A DNA stretch of 64,000 nt from Okamejei kenojei (lineage: Eukaryota), in assembly GCA_035221665.1 (NCBI GenBank), contig CM069150.1:25544001-25608000 (forward strand), in the 5' to 3' direction. Shown here one piece after another: positions 13,041 through 24,623 of the stretch. The notes below the pieces were generated by a model that searched no databases, was not told where the DNA came from, and was given only the letters and a program-made list of their open reading frames with translations. How positions within the stretch are numbered: the first letter of the stretch is position 1; each line of letters opens with the position of its first letter. The translations under genes were made by a program, and so were the position numbers.

Positions 13041-14279
13041 TACTAAAAAACTATGAGATCCATAAAAACTTAATCTAACTCTGAACTCCTGCGTCTTTGA
13101 GACCTTGTGGGCAATAACTAAGCGTTGATCTATTCTGCCACAAGTTCATGTTTCAAGACTCAAAGCTAATATGTGGCCAATATGTTTGTCCTATACTCCA
13201 CATAGATGTTTGGACTATAGGGTCTATATTGTACAGCTCTGCATTTTTTACATAATTGGATCCGACAGTATTTGGCATTTTCCAAGATAAAATTATTCTA
13301 TAACTTTGACAATTTGAGGGGAAGGGTCTCACTGAAAATGACAAATTTAAATAGTTACATACAAGTTAAACCTGTCATGTGCTCTTAATCAATTTTTGGC
13401 AAAATATAGCATTTAATTTAATATAGTTTTTTAACTTAATAAGTTGTATCAACAGGAACATGATGTGATTGCTGCTTCATCCTGCATATTGGGCCAGGGC
13501 TTGCAGGGGAAAGCCTACAGTACTGTTTAGAAATCGCATTTGCTCTGCTAAGTGCCAGCAGATTCGGGATTCCGCACAAATATGGAGGAATCACGTTGGC
13601 TAACAGAGTTCGGCCGGCAATCTCCAGGTTGCGTCCACAAGACAACAAACAGAGGAACAAGAATTAGTTGCATTCCTCAACATTTGGCTAGAGAATACTG
13701 TATGCCCACAGAACCTACATCAGGTTTGACCTGGTGGAAGATCCACAGGCCCATTCATTTCAATTGAAGTTATAGGCTTTAACTAAAAAGGGTAAGTTAT
13801 TTCTTAATTATTTGTGTTTTGTGTTAATGATTCTACTTATTACAGGATTTTTTTAGTCTATTACATGTTTTAATAATTTGATTTTTTTCTTATCATCTGG
13901 AACATTTGTTCTCAAACATTCCTAAAAAATTGAGACCATTGACAATATCCCTGCAAAAGAATACCAGATGCCTTGTCGAGCATATACATCATTACGGATA
14001 CAAATCAGTTAAGTACATATCCTCAGCTGTGAGTATGGCAACGAGCATCATATATTTGAGCCAATAAATTTTGGAATGTTTTACTGCACTCGTAATTATT
14101 AATACTTACTGTAGATAGGATGTAGACCAAAGGCAGATAAGTTATTTACAAGGCTAGGATAACAGGTAGAAGGATTAGAGAGAACCTGAAGAATGTTCTT
14201 ATGAACCGAAGAGTGAATGGAGTCAGCAATATTGCCTGTTGGAAACTAAATTCCTTGTCAAATTGATCACAGGTGATGG

Positions 14280-14590
14280 AGTCAGAGAGAGTCCTAGACT
14301 TATACAGCAAGAAATCTGACCCTTCAACCCAACTTGCCCATGTTGACCAAGATGTCCCATCTACACCAGTCCCACCTGATCACTTTCGGCCCAAATCTCT
14401 CTGAACATTTCCTATCCATGTACTCTGTCCAAATGCCTTTTTTATGCTGTCATAGTACCTTCCTCAACTTCCTCCTCTAGCAGCTCATTCCATATACTTA
14501 CCACCCTCTGTGTGAAATAGCTACCCCTCAGAAATCTCTAAAATATTTTCCCTCTCAGCTTAAACCTATCACTCCTGGTTCTTGATTTCA
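14280..14590 (-). mobile_element. CR1 3' end
   Basis: Typical 3'UTR and cacagagggtgg motif. Confidence 0.8.
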
Positions 14591-14925
14591 CTACTCAACC
14601 GAGCCATCTTCATCTTTAAGACTGTGGATCATAGAGCTTGCCCTGTGAACCTTATGGAAGAGGAAGCGTGAGCACGTCTTATCCTGCTCCATGCAGCGGA
14701 CTCTGGATCGAAAGATGATCTTGCAGGATTCTGAGGAAAAGAGCCGAGCTTTCCGGCACTTCATTTCTCGAAGTTCCTCCCTCACATCCATCCCCCTCGA
14801 CCTCAGAAGGAAGAGTTGCTCAAAATCTGTCTGGAGTTGGCACAATTCCCTTTGACTCTGTCTTGCTCTCTGCACAACTTTGAGGATGAAGAACCTCTTG
14901 AAGGATGCTGCCAAGCCAACTGTAG
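14591..14925 (-). mobile_element. Tx1/L1-clade ORF2 fragment (linker between endonuclease and RT)
   Basis: FKRFFILK...KIIFRSRVRCMEQDKTCSRFLFHKVH...SLKDEDGSV. Confidence 0.8.
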
Positions 14926-16284
14926 CGTTCCCGTCGGGTGTTAACACGGTTCTGTGCAGCACTACGCTCACAGAAGGCCTGCTGCCAGCACATCTGTGTT
15001 GGTGACCCGGCATGCCCGACTGGGGGGGCTTGACTAGTGGTGCTTTGCATTCACATTTTTCTCTGTTCTGGGAGGCGTTGCTGCAACAGTCAGCCCGGGG
15101 TTGGGTTCTCAGCCAGTCAATTTACCTGTCTCACCACTTATGTATTATAACAAGACATTTCCAGCAGGGGCCTATTGAGGACATATGGCTTGCTGCTTTC
15201 TAGAACCATTAGATACAGTGCAGCTGCGTGTGGTCTATGGCCTCAAGACACACCGCTGCAAATCAGCCACATTCGTGAGTGAGTTCTGCAGCCACCCGCA
15301 GCCACCCCAGCCAAGTAAACTGCCCTTTAAACAACTAATGACTGCTTTATTCTTCATAAACTATTTTAAGCATCCTCTATCTTGATGTATTTCAATACCA
15401 GTTATTTATAGTAATATATGAATTAATCTTTCATGACAACTTTGGAAATCTTGATTGTCATTGTTACTTTTAACACTGTTTAACTTTGAAAACGTTATTA
15501 AAGTTAAATAAATTACTGTCAGTTCTTTCAGGAAGATAACCTAGTAAAACAGGGTGGAGTTTGACATTTGTAAACTTTTAAACTTTCAAAATGTTAAGCT
15601 AAAATGTTATGCTTGTAGAAAACCTATCCAATCGCCCCAATAGCCCCAATTGATCGGTTTACCAGGTTGCCGGCCATTCTAAAACTGCGACAATTCCTAT
15701 GCCCAACATTTTGGCTTGGATTATATTTATCACAAACACAGCTTGACCCAATTCCAACAGCTGGTAGTATGTTTATTTTTTTCTGGCTTTGCTTTACTCA
15801 TGGGCAGATGCACCCTGCAACCAAAGCAGGGATAGAAATATTGGCCAGCACCTTCAAGTTATCACATTTCGCTAGTGTACTGTGGGAACATGCACATGGG
15901 AATTAGGTTGTAAACTCCAATGTAAACAATCTTTCATGCCCAAAGCAATACTCACTTGAAAGTATCTACCACTGACACATATGGCTTGCAATAAATACAA
16001 TTGCACGCAGTCCCTTGTACCCAGCTGCAAAGAGTTTGCTACCATGTTCAGAGAACTGCAGTAAAGTGATGTTATGATGATTACATACATCAAGACTGTA
16101 TTACTCTTCACAACATTGACTATATTGGGGACAAATGCACACAAATGCAATGTATGTTGATCTAAATTGTACTGATATTGCCTGTTAAAAATAGGTATTG
16201 AAATTTGTAGAACTTATAAAGTTTGCTCTCACTGCTTATTTTTCCCATCTGGTACTTTTACAAAGACGTTGATTCTCACGTGAT

Positions 16285-16593
16285 TAGTTTAGTTTAATTT
16301 AGTTCAGTTTAGAGATACAGCGCAGAAACAGGCCCTTCCACACCTGAGTCCACACCAACCAGCGATGCCTGCACATTTACACTATCCTACACACACCAGG
16401 GACAATTTACAATGATACCAAGCCAACTATAAACCTGTATGTCTTTGGAGTGTGGGAGGAAACCAGAGATCCGGGAGAAAACCCACGTGGTCACGGCCAG
16501 AACGTACAAACCCCGTACTGACAGCACCCGTGGACAGGATTGAACCCAAAGTCCCTAGTACTGTAAGGCAGCAACTCTACCACTGCACCACCT
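16285..16593 (-). mobile_element. HE1-like V-SINE
   Basis: Same head, core and tail as the other copies. Confidence 0.9.
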
Positions 16594-17931
16594 TGTACTC
16601 TGAAACATTTATTGGGAAGATAAATGGAACGCTAGGATGTCGTATGTAATTCAACCAAAATGTAACTTTACTTACAAAATTCAATTCCAGTCTTTCTCTT
16701 TTCATTTTCCCCATTGAATTTTCGCACACAAACTATATATCAAATAAGAGGGAAATGCTTTGTTTGGCAACTTTTCCCAGTATTATTAGAAGTTTGACAT
16801 TGACACTAAGAAGAGTTTACTTTTTGCTCCCCAGCTGGAATAGAGAGGCAGCTGTGAACTACAGAAATGTTTGAAATGTAAATTCAAAATGGCTAGTTCA
16901 CACTATTGTGTACTGGCTAATCACAACTGAAACTCACCATGTTGTTCAAATCGAATGGTGGCTTCCACACATTCACTTGACTTTCACATAAAGCTGTGAT
17001 GACAGTAGTTTAACACAAATAAATGGACTTTTTATCCAGATGGAAGAACATTTCAGCTACAGTGGATGAGCCATGTGTGATTTTAAGTTGTTTGATGGGG
17101 AATTTTTTAAGTGAACTCTAATTACGATAAACAGCACAATTCCTTGTCAGAATCTGATCTTTAACTTTACATCTGCATGTGTGAAAGAGTCACACAATAG
17201 CCAAGTCCTAAAATGTTGGGTTTTGGTCTTGGTAGTAAATGTGAAAATGGAAAGACGTGGAGTTGCATGCAGTACGGTGCAGATTATTGTCTGAGCTGCT
17301 TAATGCATGCTTATGTGGAGAGTGTTCAACATTCCACTGATGAGATGATTGAAAGGAACTCTGTTTTATCATAAACAATAATCTACCTTGTCCCGACATT
17401 GGGAAGATTAATTATAGGCATTCACTTGTTGAATGTAAAAGTTTGTTTGAAATAGCATACCCAACATTACATTGCATCTGTATTAAAAGACTGTGCAAAT
17501 CATAACATATGTTTAGCAAGTTGTGATTTATTTTCCAAATATCAAATTTTCCAAGTGTTGATTGGTTTGTTAATGGAGTCTAAGACCTAATCATAAGGGT
17601 CTTATCATCACAGTTGGAATTTTGAAGATATGCATTAAATGGTTGAAGTAGTCATGGAAACAATGGGAACATATCCAGCTGTATATTTTGATGACACAGT
17701 TGATAATTTTAACATTCTTGAACTGATTAAGAAGAAGGAGGCATTGCAGGATAGTGGTTGAAGTTTATTTTACTTCGGAGTCACGTGAGTGACTTCGTGA
17801 AGACCCCGCCAGCACGCATGCGCGACATATTGTCGCGCGAATTTGCTCGACAAGCTGGGGGGCGGAGTGCGCTCTCTCCACCAGCTCCTTCATAAGGACC
17901 GGCAGGTAAGTACTTACCTTACTCCCACAGG

Positions 17932-19717
17932 ATGGACAAAGGCAAACGGAAGGCGACGCTCTCCAGGAGCCGTGCTGCATCGACCAGCCAACGGCCTTTG
18001 TCACCGGAGCTGCAAGTACCAGCAGCTTCGGGATGTGTGGGGGCAGGAATGCGGAAGTCGGGCGCTCCCGTTACTCTAGCGCCCGACTCATCACCTGAAT
18101 GGTTCACCGCACCGGAGCTGGAGACTGCTGATCCAGACTTCGAGCCCATTCCCCCAAGAAAAGAGGGGGAAAACAGGTACGTGGGAAGGAGCCTCGCTCA
18201 TCACCAGCGACATCACCCCGAGTTCCAGCGGACCCAAGGAGACTGGGCCGGGGGACAGGTGCACTGCAGGGGAGCCCTGCAGCTGCGCACCATCACATAC
18301 AACTGCCAGGGAGATCTGCCGTAGAGCAGTCTGGCAGATCTACTGCTGCGTCGAGCAGACCTGTAGGAGCAGGTGCTGCCGGCAAAACACCCCGTCAGGC
18401 TGCGGTCAAGGGCGGTGGTGGCAGCAGTAGACGGTTGGTCAGCTTAGCTCTGGGAACGGCCGACCATGCGCCTCCACGCCGAATATTGGGCGACAGCGGA
18501 GATAAGCCTGCACGGACTCCGGGGAGCCAGGTTCCGGGGGCCGGCGCCGATCCAACTCACCTGCCTTCGTATCAGACAGGTGGGCCGCCACAGTCTGGGA
18601 GAAGACAGACTAGCGGAAAGTCCGTGCGGGAGTCGTATGAGCCTACTCGGGCGTTAGGCCACGACAACCTGCCATTGGACCCTAGACAGCACCTTACGGA
18701 GGGTGGTCCGATGGTGGAAGCCCCAGTGATATTGCAGGGCCTGGGGAAGTCGGCTTGTCCGCTGCACATAGCAGGGACGGTTGCATAGAGCGGTTGGAGC
18801 TCTTAGTGGAGCAACTCCTCCAGCGGGACAGGGACCGGGAAGAACGGGACTCGCGGGCATCCACAAGCCGCGCAAGGAGTCCCCTCAGTATCTCGTCTTC
18901 ACCAGCCAGAAGTGCCAGCAGTTGCCCAGCCGCTGTATTTGAAGACGACCCGGGACAGCCAGAGACCGCAGAGCCAGAGCATAAGGAGGATATGCTGGAC
19001 GTGGTGGGCACGTTTGCCACAACCACACAAACAGGGGAACCCCTGCACCACAAATTGGCGGGCACCATTGATTACCTGACTACTCACCAACTCCAGAGTC
19101 AGGTACTCAATAACGCAATGGAGAAAATAAAGCCACCCGAGAACTGCATCAACCTCAGTGTTCCCCTGGTTAATGCTCAAATCTGGGGACACTTGAGCAC
19201 GGCCACCAGGATGCAGGATGTCCGCCTCCAGCGTATCTTATAGGTCCTCTCCACGGGTATAACGGCATTTGCTAGGACCCTTGACGGGAATAATGTGTCC
19301 AGCGAACAACAAGATGCCCTGGCACTCCTATGCAACGCCCAGTATGAGATCAACTGCCTGCGTAAGAGCTCCATAAAGGCCACACTCAACCCCAAATTCG
19401 CGGGGTCGTGCCGTCCATCAACCGCTCCACCGCCTCATCAACTGTTTGGAGATTTGTCCAAACAAGTGAAGGAACTAGACGAGGAGGCCAAAACAGCTGG
19501 CCTAATGAAACCTCCTACGACTAGACTTCACCCACACACAAACTGGAAACCGCGGCAGCCGGACAGGACACCAAGGGCCTATCCCCCTCCACTTCCCCAA
19601 ACACAGCGGCCTTTTTTAGGGCAAGGCCAACAGCGGCCTGCATGGAAGATGCGGCCGCCATCCCGACAACCTCCACAACGTCCAGCCAAAACGACATTCG
19701 CCAGGAACCGTCGTTAA
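17932..19717 (+). pseudogene. DIRS ORF1 (gag-like), frameshifted, with an internal stop at 19241-19243
   Basis: ATG at 17932 opens a low-complexity N-terminus. The C-terminal part (KPPENCINLSVPLVNAQIW...DVRLQRIL*...DALALLCNAQYEINCLRK...LFGDL) resembles DIRS gag and ends at TAA 19715-19717. Confidence 0.8.
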
Positions 19718-19719
19718 CC

Positions 19720-21640
19720 ATGGAGGTAAGGGGGCCTGGTTCCTCTCAGACCGTAGCATCCCTTCCTGCACAAATTGGTGGGCGATTGCGGGCCTTTTTG
19801 GGAATATGGAACACTATCACCACAGGCGAGTTTATTTTACAAAGTGTTCAAGGTTAATGTCATAGAATTAATCGGTGGTAAAAATCCCCCTACCCAGCAT
19901 TCGCCTCATCGGAAATTTACACTCTCCCAAAAAGAGGTGGAAGCAGGACATGCTGAAATTGTACGGCTAGCAGCAAAAGGGGTGATTGGGAAAACAATGC
20001 ACGAACCCCTTGAGTTTGTGTCCAACATTTTCACCAGAATTAAAAAAGATGGGGGGTATCGAATTATAATAGACCTAACTGAGCTGAACACCTTTGTACA
20101 ATATACCCACTTTAAAATGGATACCTTTGAAACAGCCAAGCAGATGCTTTACCGGGGTACTTTATGGCATGCATCGATTTAAAAGATGCATACTATACAG
20201 TGCCCATCACTGAATCTCACAGAAAGTTTCTGAAATTTGTCTGGAAGGAATAATTATTGGAATACAAAGCATTGCCCAATGGAATCACCACAGCCCCTAG
20301 ACTATTTACAAAATTAGTAAAACCTATATTGGCTCTTCTCCGACAACAAAATTACATGGTCATGGCATATTTAGATGATATCCTAATAGTGGGTCAGACC
20401 CTCCAATTGGCTACACGGGCAGTGGCAGCAACTAAGGCTTTATTCGAGAAGCTGGGATTTGTAATCCATCCAGACAAGTCAAAATTGCACCCATCACGGG
20501 TAATGGATTATTTGGGGTTCACCCTAGACACCACCTTAATGATGATCACCATCCCAACCAATAAAGCTACCGCTATAAAAGAAGAGTGCCACAGTCTTGC
20601 TTGCGCCAGGGTACCGACCATCCGGCAAACGGCAAAAGTAATAGGGAAATTGGTAGCTACATTCTCAGCTGCACAATTCGGACCGCTACATTACCAAAAT
20701 TTACAAAGAACAAAGATCGCAGCATTAAAAGCAAATGCTGGGCACTTTGATCGATCAATCCGGTTACCACCAAAGGCTAGAACCGAGCTACAATGGTGGA
20801 TTGACAATATTAGCGAGTGTCGCAGACCCATCATAGTAAGCAACCCATCCGTCGTGCTACAGACTGACGCAAGCGCACAAGGCTGGGGAGCAACTGATAC
20901 TATGTCCAGTTGTGGTGGCAGATGGGTCTACCTTCCTTCAGTCACACGGGATAAATTATACAGAAATGCTGGGGGCATTTCATGGACTGCGGGCTTACTG
21001 TACTAACTCACGGGACTTACATGTCCGCCTCCAAATAGATAACACAACAGTGGTGGCTTACATCAATCATATGGGTGATATCAGGTCGTTATCTTGTGAT
21101 GGATTGGCAAACACAATTTGGCACTGGTGCATCGAGAGGAATATTTGGATTACAGCGACCTATTTGCCAGGGAAGCTTAATACAGTGGCGGACACCAGGT
21201 CACGAGTATTCAATGACAACATCGAGTGGATGTTGAACCCCCAAATTTTTGGAGACATTATAGCTCACTACGGGACACCAGATATTGACCTTTTTGCGTC
21301 CAGGTTGAACCTTCAGATACCAACGTATGTGTCTTGGGAACCAGACCCTGGGGCAATAGCAATGGATGCGTTTTCTATCCATTGGGGGAAATGGTTTTGC
21401 TACGCATTTCCCCCATTTTGCCTCATCAGTCGGGTATTGCAGAAAATTAAACTAGACTCTGCAACTGGCATATTGATCATTCCCGACTGGCCTACACAGC
21501 CATGGTACCCGATGGTCCTTAAAATTTTGAAACGACCATGGGTTTCGATTGGGAAACACCCCAAATTGATTACTCACCCCATTACGGGGGATAGTCATCC
21601 ATGCCATGGTCACCTAAACTTGTTGGCCTGCAGGTTCTAA
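19720..21640 (+). pseudogene. DIRS ORF2: reverse transcriptase, RNase H and Dam-like methyltransferase domain (frameshifts near 19857, 20148 and 20927; stop at 20251)
   Basis: RT motifs: GGRLRAFLGIW, KKDGGYRIIIDL, IDLKDAYY, LPNG, YLDD (20368-20379). RNase H motifs: TDASAQGWGA, DNTTVVAYIN, LPGKLNTVAD. MT motifs: DIDLFAS and YAFPPF. Confidence 0.93.
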
Positions 21641-22582
21641 AAAGACCACTCATCAAGGCGGGTGTCTCACCACGAGCCATGGAACTCATCTCAGCATCAT
21701 GCCGAGAATCAACTCGGAGGCAGTACCTCACGCAGATCAGGAAGTGGGAGGCATTCTGCTCTCGTACCAACACGACTTCCAACACGGCAACTATCCCTGA
21801 TGTCCTGGAATTCCTAGCTGGCCTTCATTTCGATGCTGGCCTTAGCTACAGTGCCATCAACAGCGCCAGGAGTGCACTATCCTCATACCTGGACATAGGT
21901 ATAGGCTCAAACCACCTGGTGTCTAAACTCATGAAGGGAGTGTTCAACACCAACCCTCCACGACCCAGATACACCTTCACCTGGGATGTAGGGATCGTTC
22001 TGACCCTACTGAGGAGCTGGGCTCCAATGAACGAGTTACCACTCAAACAGCTCACCCTCAAAGTGGTGATGCTGATGGCACTGACTACAGCCCAACGAGT
22101 CCAGACATTACAAAAGCTGTGGCTGGATAGCATGGTTTCCACCCCTAATCAAATTAATTTCTTTGTCCAGGACTTATTGAAGCAGCACAGGCCAGGGGCT
22201 CATGGGCTGCAGTTGGAGTTTCGGGCATACCCTGTAGATGCCACCCTCTGCATAGTCACCCCTCTCCACCACTATATCGGAATTACAAAAACCATCAGGA
22301 AGAAGGAGCAGGGGCTCCTCATCAGCCACAAACCTCCGCATCATCGGGTGACTGTACAGACTATCGCCAGGTGGCTCAGGGTGGTGTTGGATGCAGCAGG
22401 AGTTGCTACTAACATTTTTAAATCTCATTCCACTAGGGCTGCATCCACATCAATGGCGAGGGCCATGGAGGTGCCCATGGACCGTGGGCTGGGCCAGTGA
22501 AGAAACCTTCCAAAGGTTCTACAATAAGCCACTGGTCGCCCCTGCGACATTCGCAGAAGCTGTGCTGGGAGCCGCTCAGTGA
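21601..22582 (+). pseudogene. DIRS ORF3: tyrosine recombinase, frameshifted by a deletion near 22485
   Basis: SAM-like N-terminal domain (STRRQY...WEAFC), AQRVQ (catalytic R) and HSTRAAS (HxxR). GWASEETFQRFY (W and catalytic Y) is in the shifted frame 22391-22582. Confidence 0.93.
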
Positions 22583-22752
22583 ATGTCTGTCCCCGAATCA
22601 GGGGTTATTTGTTTGTTATTATTTGATTAATAAATTGTATTATTTTTTCAGCCAGTTTTGACTGAACTGCATTAACAGCCTTCCTCCATCAGAATTGCGG
22701 CAGTGTGATAGCATGGACGTTGTCCAGGGCGTGAAATCACAGAGCTTTGAAA

Positions 22753-22866
22753 TCTTCACGAAGTCACTCACGTGACTCCGAAGTAAAATAGTAAGATTAA
22801 ACGAGAACTTACCAAGTTCGAAGGTTGATCTTTATTTTACGAGGAGTTGCGGTGAGGGATTTCGTG
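22753..22866. repeat. DIRS internal complementary region (ICR)
   Basis: 22753-22790 is the exact reverse complement of 17766-17803. 22787-22866 is the exact reverse complement of 23005-23084. Confidence 0.97.
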
Positions 22867-23235
22867 CCCCCCGCTCCCACCCTCTATCATAAGGTCAACT
22901 CGGAAGTTCTACGTTCTTCATCTTACTATTTCCAGTCATGGTGTGTTCTGCGATTCCACACCGCTGCTTTGAAGGATGTCGCGCATGCGTGCTGGCGGGG
23001 TCTTCACGAAATCCCTCACCGCAACTCCTCGTAAAATAAAGATCAACCTTCGAACTTGGTAAGTTCTCGTTTAATCTTACTATTAATTTTGTAATGCAGC
23101 TAAACTTAGAATTAAACTAAAATTAATAGTGGAACTCTTTCTTTTGAAATGATGAGCAGGTGTCTATTTTGTTTACTAATGTTATGTAAAGCAGTGACAT
23201 CTATCCCAGACCGAATTGGTCGGACAATAATAAAG

Positions 23236-23288
23236 CAATAGTAATATAGTAATAGTAATAATAATAATAATAGTAATAATAGTAATAA
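23236..23288. repeat. (AAT/AGT)n microsatellite
   Basis: Read directly from the sequence. Confidence 0.85.
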
Positions 23289-23709
23289 AGATCCTATGCC
23301 TTCACGGTGAAAATTAAGAATGATTAGGTGTGCATTGCCTACAGCATATCATTTTTCTTAATTTAAAATAACACTCTCCTCCCAGGTGCATTTTAGCTTG
23401 GTTTGTATCAGATCAAATAAAAAACAATGGTTCACTATTGCACTGGGAAGTACTTATGTGATTTGAATGAATGGATATGATTGGAAAAGGCTGGATACAT
23501 TATTTTCAACAAACAATTGTTCTCTTCTTACTTTGGAAATGTTTCATGATAACAGAGATTTGCTGAAATGGAAAGTTTTTCATTCCCTGCAATGAAATTA
23601 TTCAAAATTTACAGCAACAACTTAATTAGTTGGGCAAGTGGGCTGAGAAACAGTTAATGGAGTTTAATGCAGACAAGTTGCATTTTGGGATGTCAAACTA
23701 GGGCAGGAC

Positions 23710-23742
23710 GAAAGATCACAGAGCTCCGCTCTAAGATCATTG
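23710..23742. mobile_element. 33-bp TIR-only mini-MITE (hAT/P-type)
   Basis: Sequence gaaagatcacagagctccgctctaagatcattg is flanked by ggcaggac at 23702-23709 and 23743-23750. Its ends resemble those of 27235-27851. Confidence 0.75.
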
Positions 23743-23990
23743 GGCAGGACCTTGACGGTGAATGGAAAGGCAGTGTTGTAGAACAGAGGGATCTCGAAGT
23801 GCCCCACATAGTTCCTTGAAAGTGGAGCCACAGGTAGATAGGATGGTTAAGAAGGCTTTAGGTACATTAGTCTTCATTGATTATATAAGTTATGTTATAG
23901 TTGTACAAGACGTTGTTGAGGCCACATTTGGAGTATTGTGTTTGATGTTTTCCACCCTGCTATAGGAATTATATTGTCAAGCTGGAACAA

Positions 23991-24623
23991 GTGCTGGCCT
24001 TTATAAATCAGAGCATTGAATATAGGAGTAGGGAAGTAATGTTAAAATTGTACAAGGCATTGGTAAGACCAATTCTGGAGTATGGTGTACAATTTTGGTC
24101 GCCTAGTTATAGGAAGGATGTCAACAAAATAGAGAGAGTACAGAGGAGATTTACTAGAATGTTGCCAGGGTTCCAGCAACTATGTTACAGAGAAAGGTTG
24201 AACAAGTTAGGTCTTTATTCTTTGGAGCGCAGAAGGTTAAGGGGGGACTTGATTGAGGTCTTTAAAATGATGAAAGGGATAGACAGAGTTGACGTGGATA
24301 CGTTTTTCCCATTGAGGGTAGGGAAGTTTCAAACAAGAGGGCATGACATGAGAATTAAGGGACAGAGGTTTCGGGTAACGTGAGGGGGAACTTCTTTACT
24401 CAGAGGGTGGTGGCTGTGTGGAATCAGCTTCCAGCAGAAGTGGTGGAGGCAGGATCGATTTTAACATTTAAGAGTAAAGTGGATAGGTATATGGACGTGA
24501 AGGGAATGGAGGGGTATGGTCTGAGTGCAGGTAGATGGGACTAGGGGAAAACAAATGGTCGGCACGGACTGGAAGGGCTGAGAGGGCCTGTTTCCGTGCT
24601 GTAATTGTTATATGGTTATATGG
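23991..24623 (+). mobile_element. Young 5'-truncated CR1 with (ttatatgg)n tail
   Basis: ORF 23991-24383. Nearly identical to 61422-62063. Confidence 0.95.

Larger units (their letters stand above)
17766..23084 (+). mobile_element. DIRS1-type tyrosine-recombinase retrotransposon, full-length structure, ORFs disrupted
   Basis: Domain order is gag, RT, RNase H, MT, YR. Inverted termini: 17794-17828 is the reverse complement of 22976-23010. ICR at 22753-22866 is complementary to both ends. The core TATT occurs at both boundaries, with no conventional TSD. Confidence 0.96.

Noticed and set aside
15956-16056. Possible minus-strand exon (tttactgcag|...caa|gtgagt)
   Set aside because: No recognisable peptide and no partner exons. 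Such sites occur by chance.
17906-17930. GTAAGT...CCCACAG as a 25-nt intron before the gag ATG
   Set aside because: Far below the minimum vertebrate spliceosomal intron size. The donor would need a distal acceptor.
17766-23084. Prophage, integron or bacterial contamination (recombinase plus Dam-like domain)
   Set aside because: The gag-RT-RNase H-YR order with ITRs and ICR is diagnostic of DIRS1, and the flanks are ordinary host DNA.
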